Positions 49,151 through 58,743 of a stretch of 64,000 nucleotides of DNA are shown here, piece by piece (the first letter of the stretch is position 1; every line of letters starts with the position of its first letter). The notes under the pieces were generated by a model that was not told the DNA's origin, did no database searches, and saw only the letters and a list, made by a program, of their open reading frames with translations. Origin of the DNA: Tagaea sp. GTDB taxonomy: Bacteria > Pseudomonadota > Alphaproteobacteria > CACIAM-22H2. A program made the translations under genes and the position numbers. The stretch spans positions 3,644,750-3,708,749 of the forward strand of contig OZ257249.1 in the NCBI GenBank assembly GCA_965279565.1, in the 5' to 3' direction.

Positions 49151-50429
49151 TCGCGCCGGCGATGTCGGCGCCGTCGCTCTTGGCGAGCGAAAGGTCGACA
49201 TCGAGCAGCACGGCATCACGCAGCACGGCGCGCGTGAAATTGGCGTCGAGCACGTTGGCGCGGTGCAGGTTGGCACCGGCGAAATCGCAGTCCTGGAAAT
49301 TCGCGTCGGCGAGATTGGCCGGCCACAGGCGGCCCGAAGGCTGGCCGTTGGGCATCGGCATGTTGACCGGTGCGAGCGAGGCCTTGGCGAAGGTGGCGCC
49401 CTGCGCATCCGCCCGGCTCATGTTGACGCCGTTCAGGTTCGCCTCCGAGAAGTCGGCGCCCTTCAGGTCGGAGCCCGTCATGTCGCACATGATGAGCTGC
49501 GCCTTGACGAGCTTCGTTCCCTGGAGATTGGCGCCGGTCAGCGTGGCGCCGGACAGGTTGGCATTCGAGAAGTCGAGACCCTTGAGGTCGGCCTTCGTGA
49601 AGTCGGCGCGACGGCCGACGCGGCCCTCCGACTTGATCCAGAGCTGGTGGTCGCGCAGCTGCGCCTGGACGGCGTCGGACAGCGCCTCCTGCTGGGCGGC
49701 CATGTTGGCGCCCTGCGTGTTCGCGCGCTGCATGTCGACGCCGTTGAGATTGGCGCCGATCAGGTTCGCGTCGCGGAAATCTGCCCCGTCGATGATCGCA
49801 CCCGAAAGATCGACGCCCTTCAGGTTGGCGCCCGCGAGATTGGCGCCCATGATGTTGGCGCCCTTCAGCGTCGCGGTCTCCAGATTGGCCCGCGCCATGG
49901 ACGCCATCTCGAGATTGCAGCCGGCCAACCGCGCACCCGAGCAGTCGGCTTCCGTCAGATTGGCCTTCGACAGGTCGGCGCCCTGCGCGTTCGCCTTGGC
50001 GAGGATCGCCTGTTCGAGATCGGAGCCCTGCAGGTCCGCAGAGACGAGCGCGATGCCGTCGCCGCGTCGCGACTGCATCAGCGTGCCGCCGCGAAGGTCG
50101 GCGCCACGGAGATTTGCACCGCGCATGCGGCAGCCGCGCAGATAGGCGCCGCGCAGATCGGCCTTGGAAAGGTTCGCCAGGCTCAGGTCGGCACGATCGA
50201 AGTTCACGGCGAAAAGATCGGCTTCCGACAGGTCGGCGCCCGCCAGCACGGCCCGCGAAAGGTTGGCGCCCGGGAGCTTGGCCTGCCGCAGGTTCGCCCG
50301 CGAGAGCGAGATGCCATGCATGTCCGCCAAGGTCAGGTTGGCGCGAACGCCGCCAGGCTTGCGGTTGAGGAACTTCTCGTGATCCGAGAGGATCTTGACG
50401 ATTTCCTGCGGTGACAGCGGACCCGGCAT
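49137..50429 (-). CDS. Pentapeptide-repeat protein (two modules)
   Basis: ILSDHEKFL...GVRANL and LRDHQLWIKSEGRVGRRADF, each followed by long A(D/N)LxG runs. Confidence 0.92.
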   Translation of the reverse strand: MPGPLSPQEIVKILSDHEKFLNRKPGGVRANLTLADMHGISLSRANLRQAKLPGANLSRAVLAGADLSEADLFAVNFDRADLSLANLSKADLRGAYLRGCRMRGANLRGADLRGGTLMQSRRGDGIALVSADLQGSDLEQAILAKANAQGADLSKANLTEADCSGARLAGCNLEMASMARANLETATLKGANIMGANLAGANLKGVDLSGAIIDGADFRDANLIGANLNGVDMQRANTQGANMAAQQEALSDAVQAQLRDHQLWIKSEGRVGRRADFTKADLKGLDFSNANLSGATLTGANLQGTKLVKAQLIMCDMTGSDLKGADFSEANLNGVNMSRADAQGATFAKASLAPVNMPMPNGQPSGRLWPANLADANFQDCDFAGANLHRANVLDANFTRAVLRDAVLLDVDLSLAKSDGADIAGAIMKR

Positions 50430-50473
50430 AACTTCGCTTTTTTCAGTGTTTCTGGTGCTTTTTTCACCTTACG

Positions 50474-51811
50474 TCAGCGCGGCGAGCGGGGCAAGTCGCG
50501 CCCCCGGCGGGGGCCCTTTCCGATACCCAACCCGCGCCCTTTGCGGATCGAGGTACTGCCGAACTTGTCCCGGACGGCGTCGATCGCCTTTTCGACTGCC
50601 GCCAGCTTCGGATCGTCGGCGCTGACAGGGGCTGCGGGCGCGAAAAGGTCGCTCTGGGCCGATATCCCGCCCGGCTCGGCCAGTTCGGCCGCCCCGATGC
50701 CGATCAGCCGGTAGCGGCGCTGCCGGTCGGCCGCGACTTCCCGTACCAGAAGCGGCTGCGCCGCCCGATAGAGGGTCTCCGCGAGCTGCGTGCCTGCCGG
50801 AAGGGTCACGCGGCGGGTCAGCAGCCGGAAGTCGGCCGTCTTGAGCTTCAGCTGCACCGTCCGGCCGGCCAGATGGTGCCGCTTGAGGCGTTCGGCGACC
50901 TCCTCGGCTAGCGGCCAGAGCTCGGCCTCGAGATCGGGGAGCCGGCCGAGATCCTGAAGAAAGGTCGTCTCGGCCGAGATGGTTTTCGCCTCCCGCTCCG
51001 GTTCAACCGTCCGGTCGTCGTGGCCGACGGCGATCTGCGCCAGCCAGCGGCCCGTCTCGCCGTAGCGTGCCGCCAGCGCCTTCTCGCCCGCCTTCTGGAT
51101 GTCGCCGATCGACCCGAAACCGTCGTCGGCAAGGCGCTGCGCGAACTTCGGGCCCACGCCGGGCAGCGTGCGCAACGGCCGTGCGGCAAGGAATGCCCGC
51201 GCCTCCGCCCGGCCGACGATGCCGAGGCCGCGCGGCTTTTCCAGTTCGGAGGCCAGCTTGGCGAGCAGCTTGTTGAAGGACAGGCCGATCGATACGGTGA
51301 TTCCGATCTCGTCCTCGATGCGCCGGGCAATCTTCGCGAGAACGAACGCTGGCGGGGCGTGGTGAAGCGTCTGGGTTCCGGTCAGGTCGAGATAGGCTTC
51401 ATCGAGCGACACGGCCTCCACGAGCGGCGTGACCGTTTCGAAGATCGCCTGCACTTCGCGCGAGACGGACGCGTACTTCGCCATGTTCGGCCGGACGACC
51501 GTCGCATGCGGACAGAGCTGCAGCGCCTTGAACATCGGCATCGCCGACCGCACGCCGTAGGTTCGCGCGATATAGCAAGCGGTCGACACGACGCCCCGCT
51601 TCCCGCCGCCAATGATCGTGGGCTTGTCGGCGAGCGACGGGTCGTCGCGCTTTTCGATCGAGGCATAGAACGCGTCGCAGTCGATATGCGCGAGCGTGAG
51701 CGCCTCAAGCTCCGGATGCCGGACCAGGCGCGCCGAACCGCAGTTTCCGCAGCGGGCTGCCTGCGGATCTTCGATCCGCGCGTAGCAGTCGCGGCAGAGG
51801 CCCAGTGCCAC
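50474..51811 (-). CDS. dinB: DNA polymerase IV (Y family) with N-terminal Cys4 ribbon
   Basis: HIDCDAFYASIE, STACYIAR, SLDEAYLD and NKLLAKLAS motifs; N-terminal CRDC...CGNC. Confidence 0.95.
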   Translation of the reverse strand: MALGLCRDCYARIEDPQAARCGNCGSARLVRHPELEALTLAHIDCDAFYASIEKRDDPSLADKPTIIGGGKRGVVSTACYIARTYGVRSAMPMFKALQLCPHATVVRPNMAKYASVSREVQAIFETVTPLVEAVSLDEAYLDLTGTQTLHHAPPAFVLAKIARRIEDEIGITVSIGLSFNKLLAKLASELEKPRGLGIVGRAEARAFLAARPLRTLPGVGPKFAQRLADDGFGSIGDIQKAGEKALAARYGETGRWLAQIAVGHDDRTVEPEREAKTISAETTFLQDLGRLPDLEAELWPLAEEVAERLKRHHLAGRTVQLKLKTADFRLLTRRVTLPAGTQLAETLYRAAQPLLVREVAADRQRRYRLIGIGAAELAEPGGISAQSDLFAPAAPVSADDPKLAAVEKAIDAVRDKFGSTSIRKGRGLGIGKGPRRGRDLPRSPR

Positions 51812-51838
51812 GCGCGCCTCCGCCCGCCGGCGCCGGCC

Positions 51839-52804
51839 TCAGCCGGCGAGTTTCGTCGGCTTCGTCGACCTGCCGATCGCCGCGAGCTTGCGCTCGAGAC
51901 GCTGCATCAGGCTGTCGAGCTCCTTGTGCTCGTCCGCATCCATCGCGTGGCCCGGTGCGCGCAGATGCGCCGACTTGATGACGCCGCGCCGGCGCAGCAC
52001 TTCCTTGCGCACGGCGAGCCCGAGACCCGGCTGCTGCTCGTGGCGCACGATCGGAAGATAGACGTCGTACAGGTCCTCGGCCTCTTCCGGCTTTCCCTTC
52101 AGGAAGAGATCAACGACCTCGACCAGCATCTCGGGATAGGCAAAGCCCGTATTGGCGCCGTCGGCCCCACGGCGCATCTCCTGCGGCAAATGGAGTGCCG
52201 AATTGCCGACGAGGATCGAGACGCGGCGCTTGCGGCTGCCGTCCGCGTCGGCCTTGCGGACTTTCGTCAGCTTGCGCAGGCCGGGCACGTCCTCGTGCTT
52301 CAGCACCTTCATGCTGTCGTAGCGGGCGAACAGGCGGTTGATCAGCGAGACGGACATGTGCACGTTCGTCAGCTGCGGATAGTCCTGCAGGACGATCGGC
52401 GTGTCGCCGATCTCGCGCACGACGGCATCGTAATAGCCCTCGATCTGCTCTTCGTTCTTGAGCCCGGCGATCGGCGCCACCATCACGCCGGCGGCGCCCA
52501 TGTCCATGACCTTCTTGGTGAAGTTCCCGAGATTCCGGTTGCCGGCCGACGAGACGCCGACGATGACGGGAACCCGGCCGTTCACGCGCTTCATCACGCG
52601 CGATACGAAATCCGAGGATTCCTGGGGACTGAGCTTCGGCGCCTCACCCATCACGCCCAGGATCGTCATGCCGGTCACCCCGCATTCGAGGTAGAAGTCG
52701 GTCATGCGCTCGGCGCTGTCGAGATCGAGCTCGCCATTGTCGGTGAACGGCGTCGCCGCAATGATGTAGACACCCTTTGCGGTTTCGTCGAGCCGTTGCG
52801 CCAT
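51839..52804 (-). CDS. Dihydrodipicolinate synthase family lyase/aldolase
   Basis: ATPF, LGVMGEA, LQDYP and Schiff-base Lys in VLKHED; SD GGAGG before ATG 52804. Confidence 0.87.
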   Translation of the reverse strand: MAQRLDETAKGVYIIAATPFTDNGELDLDSAERMTDFYLECGVTGMTILGVMGEAPKLSPQESSDFVSRVMKRVNGRVPVIVGVSSAGNRNLGNFTKKVMDMGAAGVMVAPIAGLKNEEQIEGYYDAVVREIGDTPIVLQDYPQLTNVHMSVSLINRLFARYDSMKVLKHEDVPGLRKLTKVRKADADGSRKRRVSILVGNSALHLPQEMRRGADGANTGFAYPEMLVEVVDLFLKGKPEEAEDLYDVYLPIVRHEQQPGLGLAVRKEVLRRRGVIKSAHLRAPGHAMDADEHKELDSLMQRLERKLAAIGRSTKPTKLAG

Positions 52805-52886
52805 TTGCTTGTCCTCCGGGCCTGTGGTTTGCAATGCTTCATACCGCGAAGCGCCCCCGCAGCGAAAGGGGCCGGGAGACGTCGAG

Positions 52887-54338
52887 ATGGCAGCCTATGA
52901 CCGGGTGATCCGGGGCGGAAAACTGGCGACTTCGGGCGACTCGTACGTCGCCGACATCGGCATAAAGGGCGGGAAAATCGCGGCGATCGGACACGATCTG
53001 CCGCGCGGCGACGACGAGACCGACGCGCACGGCCGGATCGTCACGCCCGGCGGTATCGACAGCCATGTGCATATCGCACAGGTCTCCGGCATGGGTGTCT
53101 GGACCGCCGACGACTTCGAATCGGGCACGCGCTCGGCGATGTGCGGCGGCACCACGACGACGATCTCGTTCGCCGCCCAGCATCGCGGCCAGTCGCTCCG
53201 CAAGGTGGTCGACGAGTATCACGCGCGCGCGGCGGGCAAGACCTATATCGACTACGCGTTCCACCTTATCGTCTCCGACCCGACCGAACAGGTGCTCGGG
53301 CAGGAACTTCCCGCCCTGATCGCCGATGGGCTGACGTCGTTCAAGATCTATACGACCTACGACGCGCTGAAGCTGTCGGACCGGCAGATCCTCGACATCC
53401 TGGCGCTCGCCCGCCGCCACAACGCGATGACGATGGTCCATTGCGAGAACCACGACGCGATGACCTGGCTCGCGGAGAAGCTGATTGCTTCGGGCCGCAC
53501 GCGCCCCAAATACCACTGCTTCAGCCACAACATGCCGGTTGAGCGCGAGGCGACCCACCGCGTGATCGCGCTTGCCGAGATGCTCGATACGCCCGTGCTG
53601 ATCGTCCACGTGTCCGGGCGCGAGGCGATGGACGAAATCCGCCGTGCGCGCGCCCGCGGCCTGAAGGTCTATGCGGAGACGTGCCCGCAATACCTGTTCC
53701 TGACCCAGGACGATCTCGACAAGTCGGGATTCGACGGCGCCATGTGCATGTGCTCGCCGCCGCCGCGCGACAAGGTCAATCAGGAGTATGTCTGGGCCGG
53801 CCTGCGCGACGGTCTGTTCGATGTCTACTCGTCCGACCATGCGCCCTACCGTTTCGACGACCCGCAGGGAAAAAAGGTCGCGGGCACGAACGCGAACTTC
53901 AAGAAGATCCCCAACGGCGTGCCGGGCCTCGAGATACGCATGCCGCTGCTGTTCGCCGAGGGCGTCCTGAAAGGCCGGCTGTCGCTCGAGCGGTTCGTCG
54001 CGGTCACGGCGACGAACCCCGCCAAAGTCTACGGACTCTATCCGCAGAAAGGCGCCATCGCCGTCGGCGGCGACGCCGATCTCGTGGTCTGGGACCACGA
54101 GCGTGAGCTGACCGTGAGCCAGAGCCTCCTGCACGACGCGATGGATTACACGCCTTACGAAGGCATGAAGGTGAAGGGCTGGGCCGATCTCGTCTTCTCG
54201 CGCGGCGAGCTCGTCGCCAAGGGCGGCAATCCGGTCGCAAAGCCCGGGCGTGGCCGCTATCTTGCACACGGTCCCTCCGAGTGGTCGAAACCGCTCGGCC
54301 GCTCCATCTTCCCCGAAGACATATCGGATATCTTCTGA
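52887..54338 (+). CDS. hydA: Dihydropyrimidinase / D-hydantoinase
   Basis: PGGIDSHVH, GGTTT, SFKIYTTY, VHCEN, IVHVS, ETCPQYL, SSDHAPY and IPNGVPG motifs. Confidence 0.93.
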   Translation: MAAYDRVIRGGKLATSGDSYVADIGIKGGKIAAIGHDLPRGDDETDAHGRIVTPGGIDSHVHIAQVSGMGVWTADDFESGTRSAMCGGTTTTISFAAQHRGQSLRKVVDEYHARAAGKTYIDYAFHLIVSDPTEQVLGQELPALIADGLTSFKIYTTYDALKLSDRQILDILALARRHNAMTMVHCENHDAMTWLAEKLIASGRTRPKYHCFSHNMPVEREATHRVIALAEMLDTPVLIVHVSGREAMDEIRRARARGLKVYAETCPQYLFLTQDDLDKSGFDGAMCMCSPPPRDKVNQEYVWAGLRDGLFDVYSSDHAPYRFDDPQGKKVAGTNANFKKIPNGVPGLEIRMPLLFAEGVLKGRLSLERFVAVTATNPAKVYGLYPQKGAIAVGGDADLVVWDHERELTVSQSLLHDAMDYTPYEGMKVKGWADLVFSRGELVAKGGNPVAKPGRGRYLAHGPSEWSKPLGRSIFPEDISDIF

Positions 54339-55297
54339 TGCCGCCAAAACAGCTCGTTCCCCGTATCGTCAACGTCGGTGCCGCCCAGATGGGCCCGATC
54401 GCGCGCGCCGAAACCCGCGCATCCTGCGTCGAACGGATGATCGCCATGCTGCGGGAAGCGTCTCGCAAGAGCTGTCAGATCGTCGTGTTTCCGGAGCTGG
54501 CGCTGACGACCTTCTTCCCGCGCTGGTTCATGCCGGACTGGCGCGAGGTCGACGCGTTCTTCGAGACCGAGATGCCGAACGCGGCGGTCAAGCCGCTGTT
54601 CGACGAGGCGAAGCGCCTGAAGATCGGATTCTATCTCGGTTATGCCGAGAAGACGCCCGAAGGACGGCGTTTCAACACGGCCATCCTCGTCGACCGCGAG
54701 GGCGCCATCGTCGGCAAGTACCGGAAGATCCATCTTCCTGGCCACGCCGAGAACGAGCCCGAGCGCCCGTTCCAGCATCTGGAAAAGCGCTATTTCGAGC
54801 CCGGCGACATCGGCTTTCCTGTCTGGCGGACGATGGGCGGGATCGTCGGCATGGCCGTGTGCAACGACCGGCGCTGGCCCGAGACCTACCGCGTGATGGG
54901 GCTAAAAGGCATGGAGTTGATGCTGCTCGGCTACAACACGCCGGCCATCAACGGCTGGGCGATGGTCCACTCGGCACCGGAGCCCGAGCATCTGCGCCAG
55001 TTCCACAACCACCTCGTCATGCAGGCCGGCGCCTATCAGAACTCGACCTGGGTCGTCGCTACGGCCAAGGCCGGTATCGAAGAAGGCTGCTCGCTGATTG
55101 GCGGCAGTTGCATCGTGGCGCCCACCGGCGAGATCGTGGCGCTGGCCCGTTCGGTCGCCGACGAGCTTATCGTCGCCGACTGCGACCTCAGCCTCTGCAC
55201 CTACGGCAAGGAAACGACCTTCGCGTTTTCAAAGCACCGGCGGATCGAGCATTACGGATTGATCGCCAGCCAGACGGGCGTCGTCGAGCCGCAATGA
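54338..55297 (+). CDS. N-carbamoyl-D-amino acid amidohydrolase (nitrilase family)
   Basis: VFPELALTTFFPRW, YRKIHLPGH, QHLEKRYFEPGD and CNDRRWPE (Glu-Lys-Cys triad); TGATG-coupled to hydA. Confidence 0.92.
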   Translation: MPPKQLVPRIVNVGAAQMGPIARAETRASCVERMIAMLREASRKSCQIVVFPELALTTFFPRWFMPDWREVDAFFETEMPNAAVKPLFDEAKRLKIGFYLGYAEKTPEGRRFNTAILVDREGAIVGKYRKIHLPGHAENEPERPFQHLEKRYFEPGDIGFPVWRTMGGIVGMAVCNDRRWPETYRVMGLKGMELMLLGYNTPAINGWAMVHSAPEPEHLRQFHNHLVMQAGAYQNSTWVVATAKAGIEEGCSLIGGSCIVAPTGEIVALARSVADELIVADCDLSLCTYGKETTFAFSKHRRIEHYGLIASQTGVVEPQ

Positions 55298-55929
55298 AAG
55301 ACTATGACTTCGCAGAAACGTCCCCGTCCGTCCGATACAAGCTGCTGGTCGGTTCGGTCGTGCCCCGGCCAATCGCGCTGGTCACCACGCTCGACGAGGC
55401 CGGCATCGTCAACGCCGCTCCGTTCTCGTTCTTCAACGTCCTGAGCCACGATCCCGCCATCGTGGCACTGGGTGTCGAGCGCCGCGCCGACGGGCGCCCG
55501 AAGGACACGGTGCGGAACATCGAGACGTCCGGCGAGTTCGTCGTCAACCTCGTCGACGAGGCGATGGGACCCGGCATGAATGTCTGCGGCGCGGATTTCG
55601 AACCGGGCATCGACGAACTTGAGCTTGCCGGATTCACGCCCGCACCGTCGACCAAGGTGAAGGCCCCGCGCATCGCCGAGGCACCCGTGGCACTCGAATG
55701 CCGGCTGCGCCACGACGTCCGTCTTGGCGACGACAACAAGCGCGCGATCCTGCTCGGCGAAGTCGTGGCGTTCTCGATCCGGGACGATCTCGTCGATCCG
55801 GCCAGCGACCGCGTCCATACCGACCGCCTGAACCTGCTCGGACGCCTTGCCGGCGGTGGCTATGTGCGCCTGACCGACCGGCTGGAAATCCCGCGCGTCA
55901 CGCCCGAGACTCTCGGCCGCAAGGCGTAG
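55294..55929 (+). CDS. Flavin reductase-like (FMN-binding split barrel) protein
   Basis: VVPRPIALV, NAAPFSFFN, KDTVRNI...GEFVVN and GRLAGGGY motifs; ATGA overlap. Confidence 0.88.
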   Translation: MKDYDFAETSPSVRYKLLVGSVVPRPIALVTTLDEAGIVNAAPFSFFNVLSHDPAIVALGVERRADGRPKDTVRNIETSGEFVVNLVDEAMGPGMNVCGADFEPGIDELELAGFTPAPSTKVKAPRIAEAPVALECRLRHDVRLGDDNKRAILLGEVVAFSIRDDLVDPASDRVHTDRLNLLGRLAGGGYVRLTDRLEIPRVTPETLGRKA

Positions 55930-55932
55930 CCG

Positions 55933-56592
55933 CTACCAGCCGATCTGCACGCGCGCGATGGCCATGCCGACCGCCGCCTGCGTCGGCTCGACGACCGGAA
56001 TTCCGACCGCCTCCTGGAGACGGTCGCGGTAGCGCGCCATGCCAGCACAGCCCATGACCAGCACGTCGGCGCCGTCGCGTTCGCGCAGATCGCGCCCGAC
56101 TTCGATCATCCGCGCCAGCGTGCGCGCGTCGTCCGAAAGCTCGGCGACCGTCAGCCCGACCGGCCGGTCGCCCGCGAACCGCGCCTCGAGCCCGCGCGCA
56201 CCGACATAGCGCAGATGGCGCGGCACGGAACGCGGCAGGATCGCAATGATCCCGAAGCGCTCGCCCAGCGTCAGTGCCGTCAGCATCCCGCATTCGGCGA
56301 TGCCGAGAACCGGCTTCTTGGTCGCCTCGCGTGCGGCATAGAGCCCGGGATCGCTGAAGCAGGCGATCACGAACGCGTCGCAGTCATTGTCCCGGGTCGC
56401 GACGGTCCGGCTCAGCGGGCCGACGACGCTTTCCACATGCGCCTGCGTCTCGATGCCCGGCGGGCCTTCGGCAAGCGTCGTGCACTCGATCTCGGGACCG
56501 CCGGCCGTGCGCATCGGCGCAACGGCTGCATCGATGCCGGCCGTCACGCTCCGGTTCGAGTTCGGATTGACCACGAGGATGCGCTTGCCCAT
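55933..56592 (-). CDS. Hydantoin racemase (Asp/Glu/hydantoin racemase family)
   Basis: VVNPNS, IACFSDPG and MGCAGM (two catalytic Cys), PVVEPT. Confidence 0.9.
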   Translation of the reverse strand: MGKRILVVNPNSNRSVTAGIDAAVAPMRTAGGPEIECTTLAEGPPGIETQAHVESVVGPLSRTVATRDNDCDAFVIACFSDPGLYAAREATKKPVLGIAECGMLTALTLGERFGIIAILPRSVPRHLRYVGARGLEARFAGDRPVGLTVAELSDDARTLARMIEVGRDLRERDGADVLVMGCAGMARYRDRLQEAVGIPVVEPTQAAVGMAIARVQIGW

Positions 56593-56603
56593 CTGTCCAG
56601 CTC

Positions 56604-57275
56604 CTAGCGGGATGCCACGTGCCTGTGCTCCAGCCGCGACAGGAACCGCACGGCCGGCCACAGCAGTACCAGATAGATCAGGGCCGCCGCCACGATCGGC
56701 GTCGGATTGTAGACCAGCGACTGGGCGAGGCGTGCCGTGTGCAGGAGTTCGCCCAGCGCCACGACCGACGCGATCGTCGTCAGTTTGATGACTTCCAGCG
56801 TATTCCCGATCAGATCGGGCAGCACGTTCCGGGTTGCTTGCGGAAGGATCACGTCGCGCATCGTCTGGAAGCTCGAAAGCCCCGTCGAACGCGCGGCTTC
56901 CCATTGCCCGCGCGGCACGCTCTCGATCCCTGCGCGGAAGATCTCGCCGTAGTAGCTCGACGCATTGAGCAGGAAGGCGATCGTCACGGCCGCGAACGCC
57001 GGCAGGTCGATCCCGACGAACGGCAGCCCGAAATAGATGAAGATCAGCAGCACGAGCGGCGGAAACGCGCGGAAGAAATCGACATAGACGACGAGCAGCA
57101 CGTTGAGCCAACGCCGCCGCAGGCTCCAAAGCCACGCGACGGCAAGGCCGCCGGCAAGCCCCGCGGGAATCGTGATGAGGCAGAGCACCACGGTCATGCC
57201 CAGCCCTTCGAGCATGAAGGGCAGCACGCGGATCAGAATATCGACATTGAAGAACGTCTCGAGGATCTGGTCCAT
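56604..57275 (-). CDS. Polar amino acid ABC permease
   Basis: FFRAFPPLV and EAA loop EIFRAGIESVPRGQWEAARSTG. Confidence 0.92.
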   Translation of the reverse strand: MDQILETFFNVDILIRVLPFMLEGLGMTVVLCLITIPAGLAGGLAVAWLWSLRRRWLNVLLVVYVDFFRAFPPLVLLIFIYFGLPFVGIDLPAFAAVTIAFLLNASSYYGEIFRAGIESVPRGQWEAARSTGLSSFQTMRDVILPQATRNVLPDLIGNTLEVIKLTTIASVVALGELLHTARLAQSLVYNPTPIVAAALIYLVLLWPAVRFLSRLEHRHVASR

Positions 57276-57280
57276 GCCGG

Positions 57281-57964
57281 TCACCGCTTCCACGCGAAGC
57301 GCGTCTCGATCCAGCGCCCGAAGACCACGACCGGAATGAAGATCACGAGGTAGGCCGCGGCACCGAGCGTCAGCGGCGTGGGATTGCCCGCGAGGCTGGC
57401 CGCCGAGCTCGCCTGGCTGACGATTTCGGAGAGTGCCACGACCGAGCCGAGTGCCGTCCCCTTCGTCACCGCGATGACCCGGTTGACCAGCGGCGGGATG
57501 GTCATCCGGACGGCCTGCGGCAGCACGACCCAGCCGAGCGTCGCGGCGAAGCCGAGCCCGGTCGAGCGGGCGGCCTCCCACTGTCCCTTGGGCACGGCGA
57601 GGATGCCGGCCCACCAGATCTCCTCCGCGAATGCGGCGAGCACGAGCGACAGCGACAGCCATGTCGCCGTAAACGCGCTCATCGGCAGATCGATATACGG
57701 GAACGCAAAGAACAGGATGATGATGACGACGAGCGGCGGCAGCGCACGCAGCATGTCGACGAACACCACGATCGCCACGTTCAGCGAAGCTATCCGGAAC
57801 GCGCGCAGGCTCGCCAGCAGCAGGCCGAGCGTCAGCCCGGTCGCGACGACCGCGAGCGAGACCAGACATGTCACCCAGACGCCGTCGATGATCCGCGGCG
57901 CCCATTCCGCCGCCACCGCCGGATTGAAATAGGCGAAAACGAGGCGGTTCAGCCCGTCGTCCAT
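57281..57964 (-). CDS. Polar amino acid ABC permease
   Basis: LRALPPLV and EEIWWAGILAVPKGQWEAARSTG. Confidence 0.92.
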   Translation of the reverse strand: MDDGLNRLVFAYFNPAVAAEWAPRIIDGVWVTCLVSLAVVATGLTLGLLLASLRAFRIASLNVAIVVFVDMLRALPPLVVIIILFFAFPYIDLPMSAFTATWLSLSLVLAAFAEEIWWAGILAVPKGQWEAARSTGLGFAATLGWVVLPQAVRMTIPPLVNRVIAVTKGTALGSVVALSEIVSQASSAASLAGNPTPLTLGAAAYLVIFIPVVVFGRWIETRFAWKR

Positions 57965-57968
57965 CGGT

Positions 57969-58724
57969 TCAGCCGTGGCCGCCGACGAGGCGCGCGACGA
58001 ATTCCCGCGTGCGCGCTTCACGGGGGCGCCCGAATATCTGGTCGGGCGGCCCCTGCTCGATGATCCGGCCGCCTTCCATGAAGATGACCCTGTCGGCCGC
58101 GGCACGCGCGAACGCCAGCTCATGGCTGACGACCACCATCGTCATTCCGGCCGCCTTGAGTGCCCGCATCACCGCAAGCACCGAGCCGACGAGTTCGGGA
58201 TCGAGCGCCGATGTCGGCTCGTCGAAAAGGACGATCTTCGGGTCGAGCGCCAGCGCCCGAGCGATCCCGACGCGCTGCTGCTGGCCGCCGGAAAGCTCGT
58301 TTGGATACGCCCCCGCCTTGTCCGACAGTCCGACCTGGTCGAGGGCCGCAAGTCCTCGCGCCTCGGCGGCACCGCGCGTCAGTCCCTGCACCCGGCGCAG
58401 AGCTAGCGTCACGTTCCCGAGCGCCGTCATGTGCGGATAGAGATTGAAGGACTGGAACACCATGCCGACCTTCTGCCGGACCTTGTTCAAGTCCGTTCCG
58501 GTGGCGACGATGTCCTGCCCGTCGACGATGACGGCACCGGAGTCCGGTTCCTCGAGGCGGTTGCAGCAGCGCAGCAGCGTGCTCTTGCCCGATCCCGACG
58601 GACCGATCACGAACACGAGTTCGCGCGGCCGCACGGCCAGATCGATCCCGTCGAGGACCTTCAGCGGACCGTAGCTCTTGTGGAGTGCGACAAGCTCGAG
58701 AATGGGCGGAGACTGATCGGGCAT
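57969..58724 (-). CDS. Polar amino acid ABC ATP-binding protein
   Basis: GPSGSGKST, LSGGQQQRV, FDEPTSALD and SHE motifs. Confidence 0.94.
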   Translation of the reverse strand: MPDQSPPILELVALHKSYGPLKVLDGIDLAVRPRELVFVIGPSGSGKSTLLRCCNRLEEPDSGAVIVDGQDIVATGTDLNKVRQKVGMVFQSFNLYPHMTALGNVTLALRRVQGLTRGAAEARGLAALDQVGLSDKAGAYPNELSGGQQQRVGIARALALDPKIVLFDEPTSALDPELVGSVLAVMRALKAAGMTMVVVSHELAFARAAADRVIFMEGGRIIEQGPPDQIFGRPREARTREFVARLVGGHG

Positions 58725-58743
58725 CAATTTCCGCCCCGCATCC

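Noticed and set aside
54250-55929. 559-aa ORF implying a carbamoylase / flavin reductase fusion
   Set aside because: The two are in different frames. The flavin protein starts at 55294 through an ATGA overlap, and no slippery site is evident.
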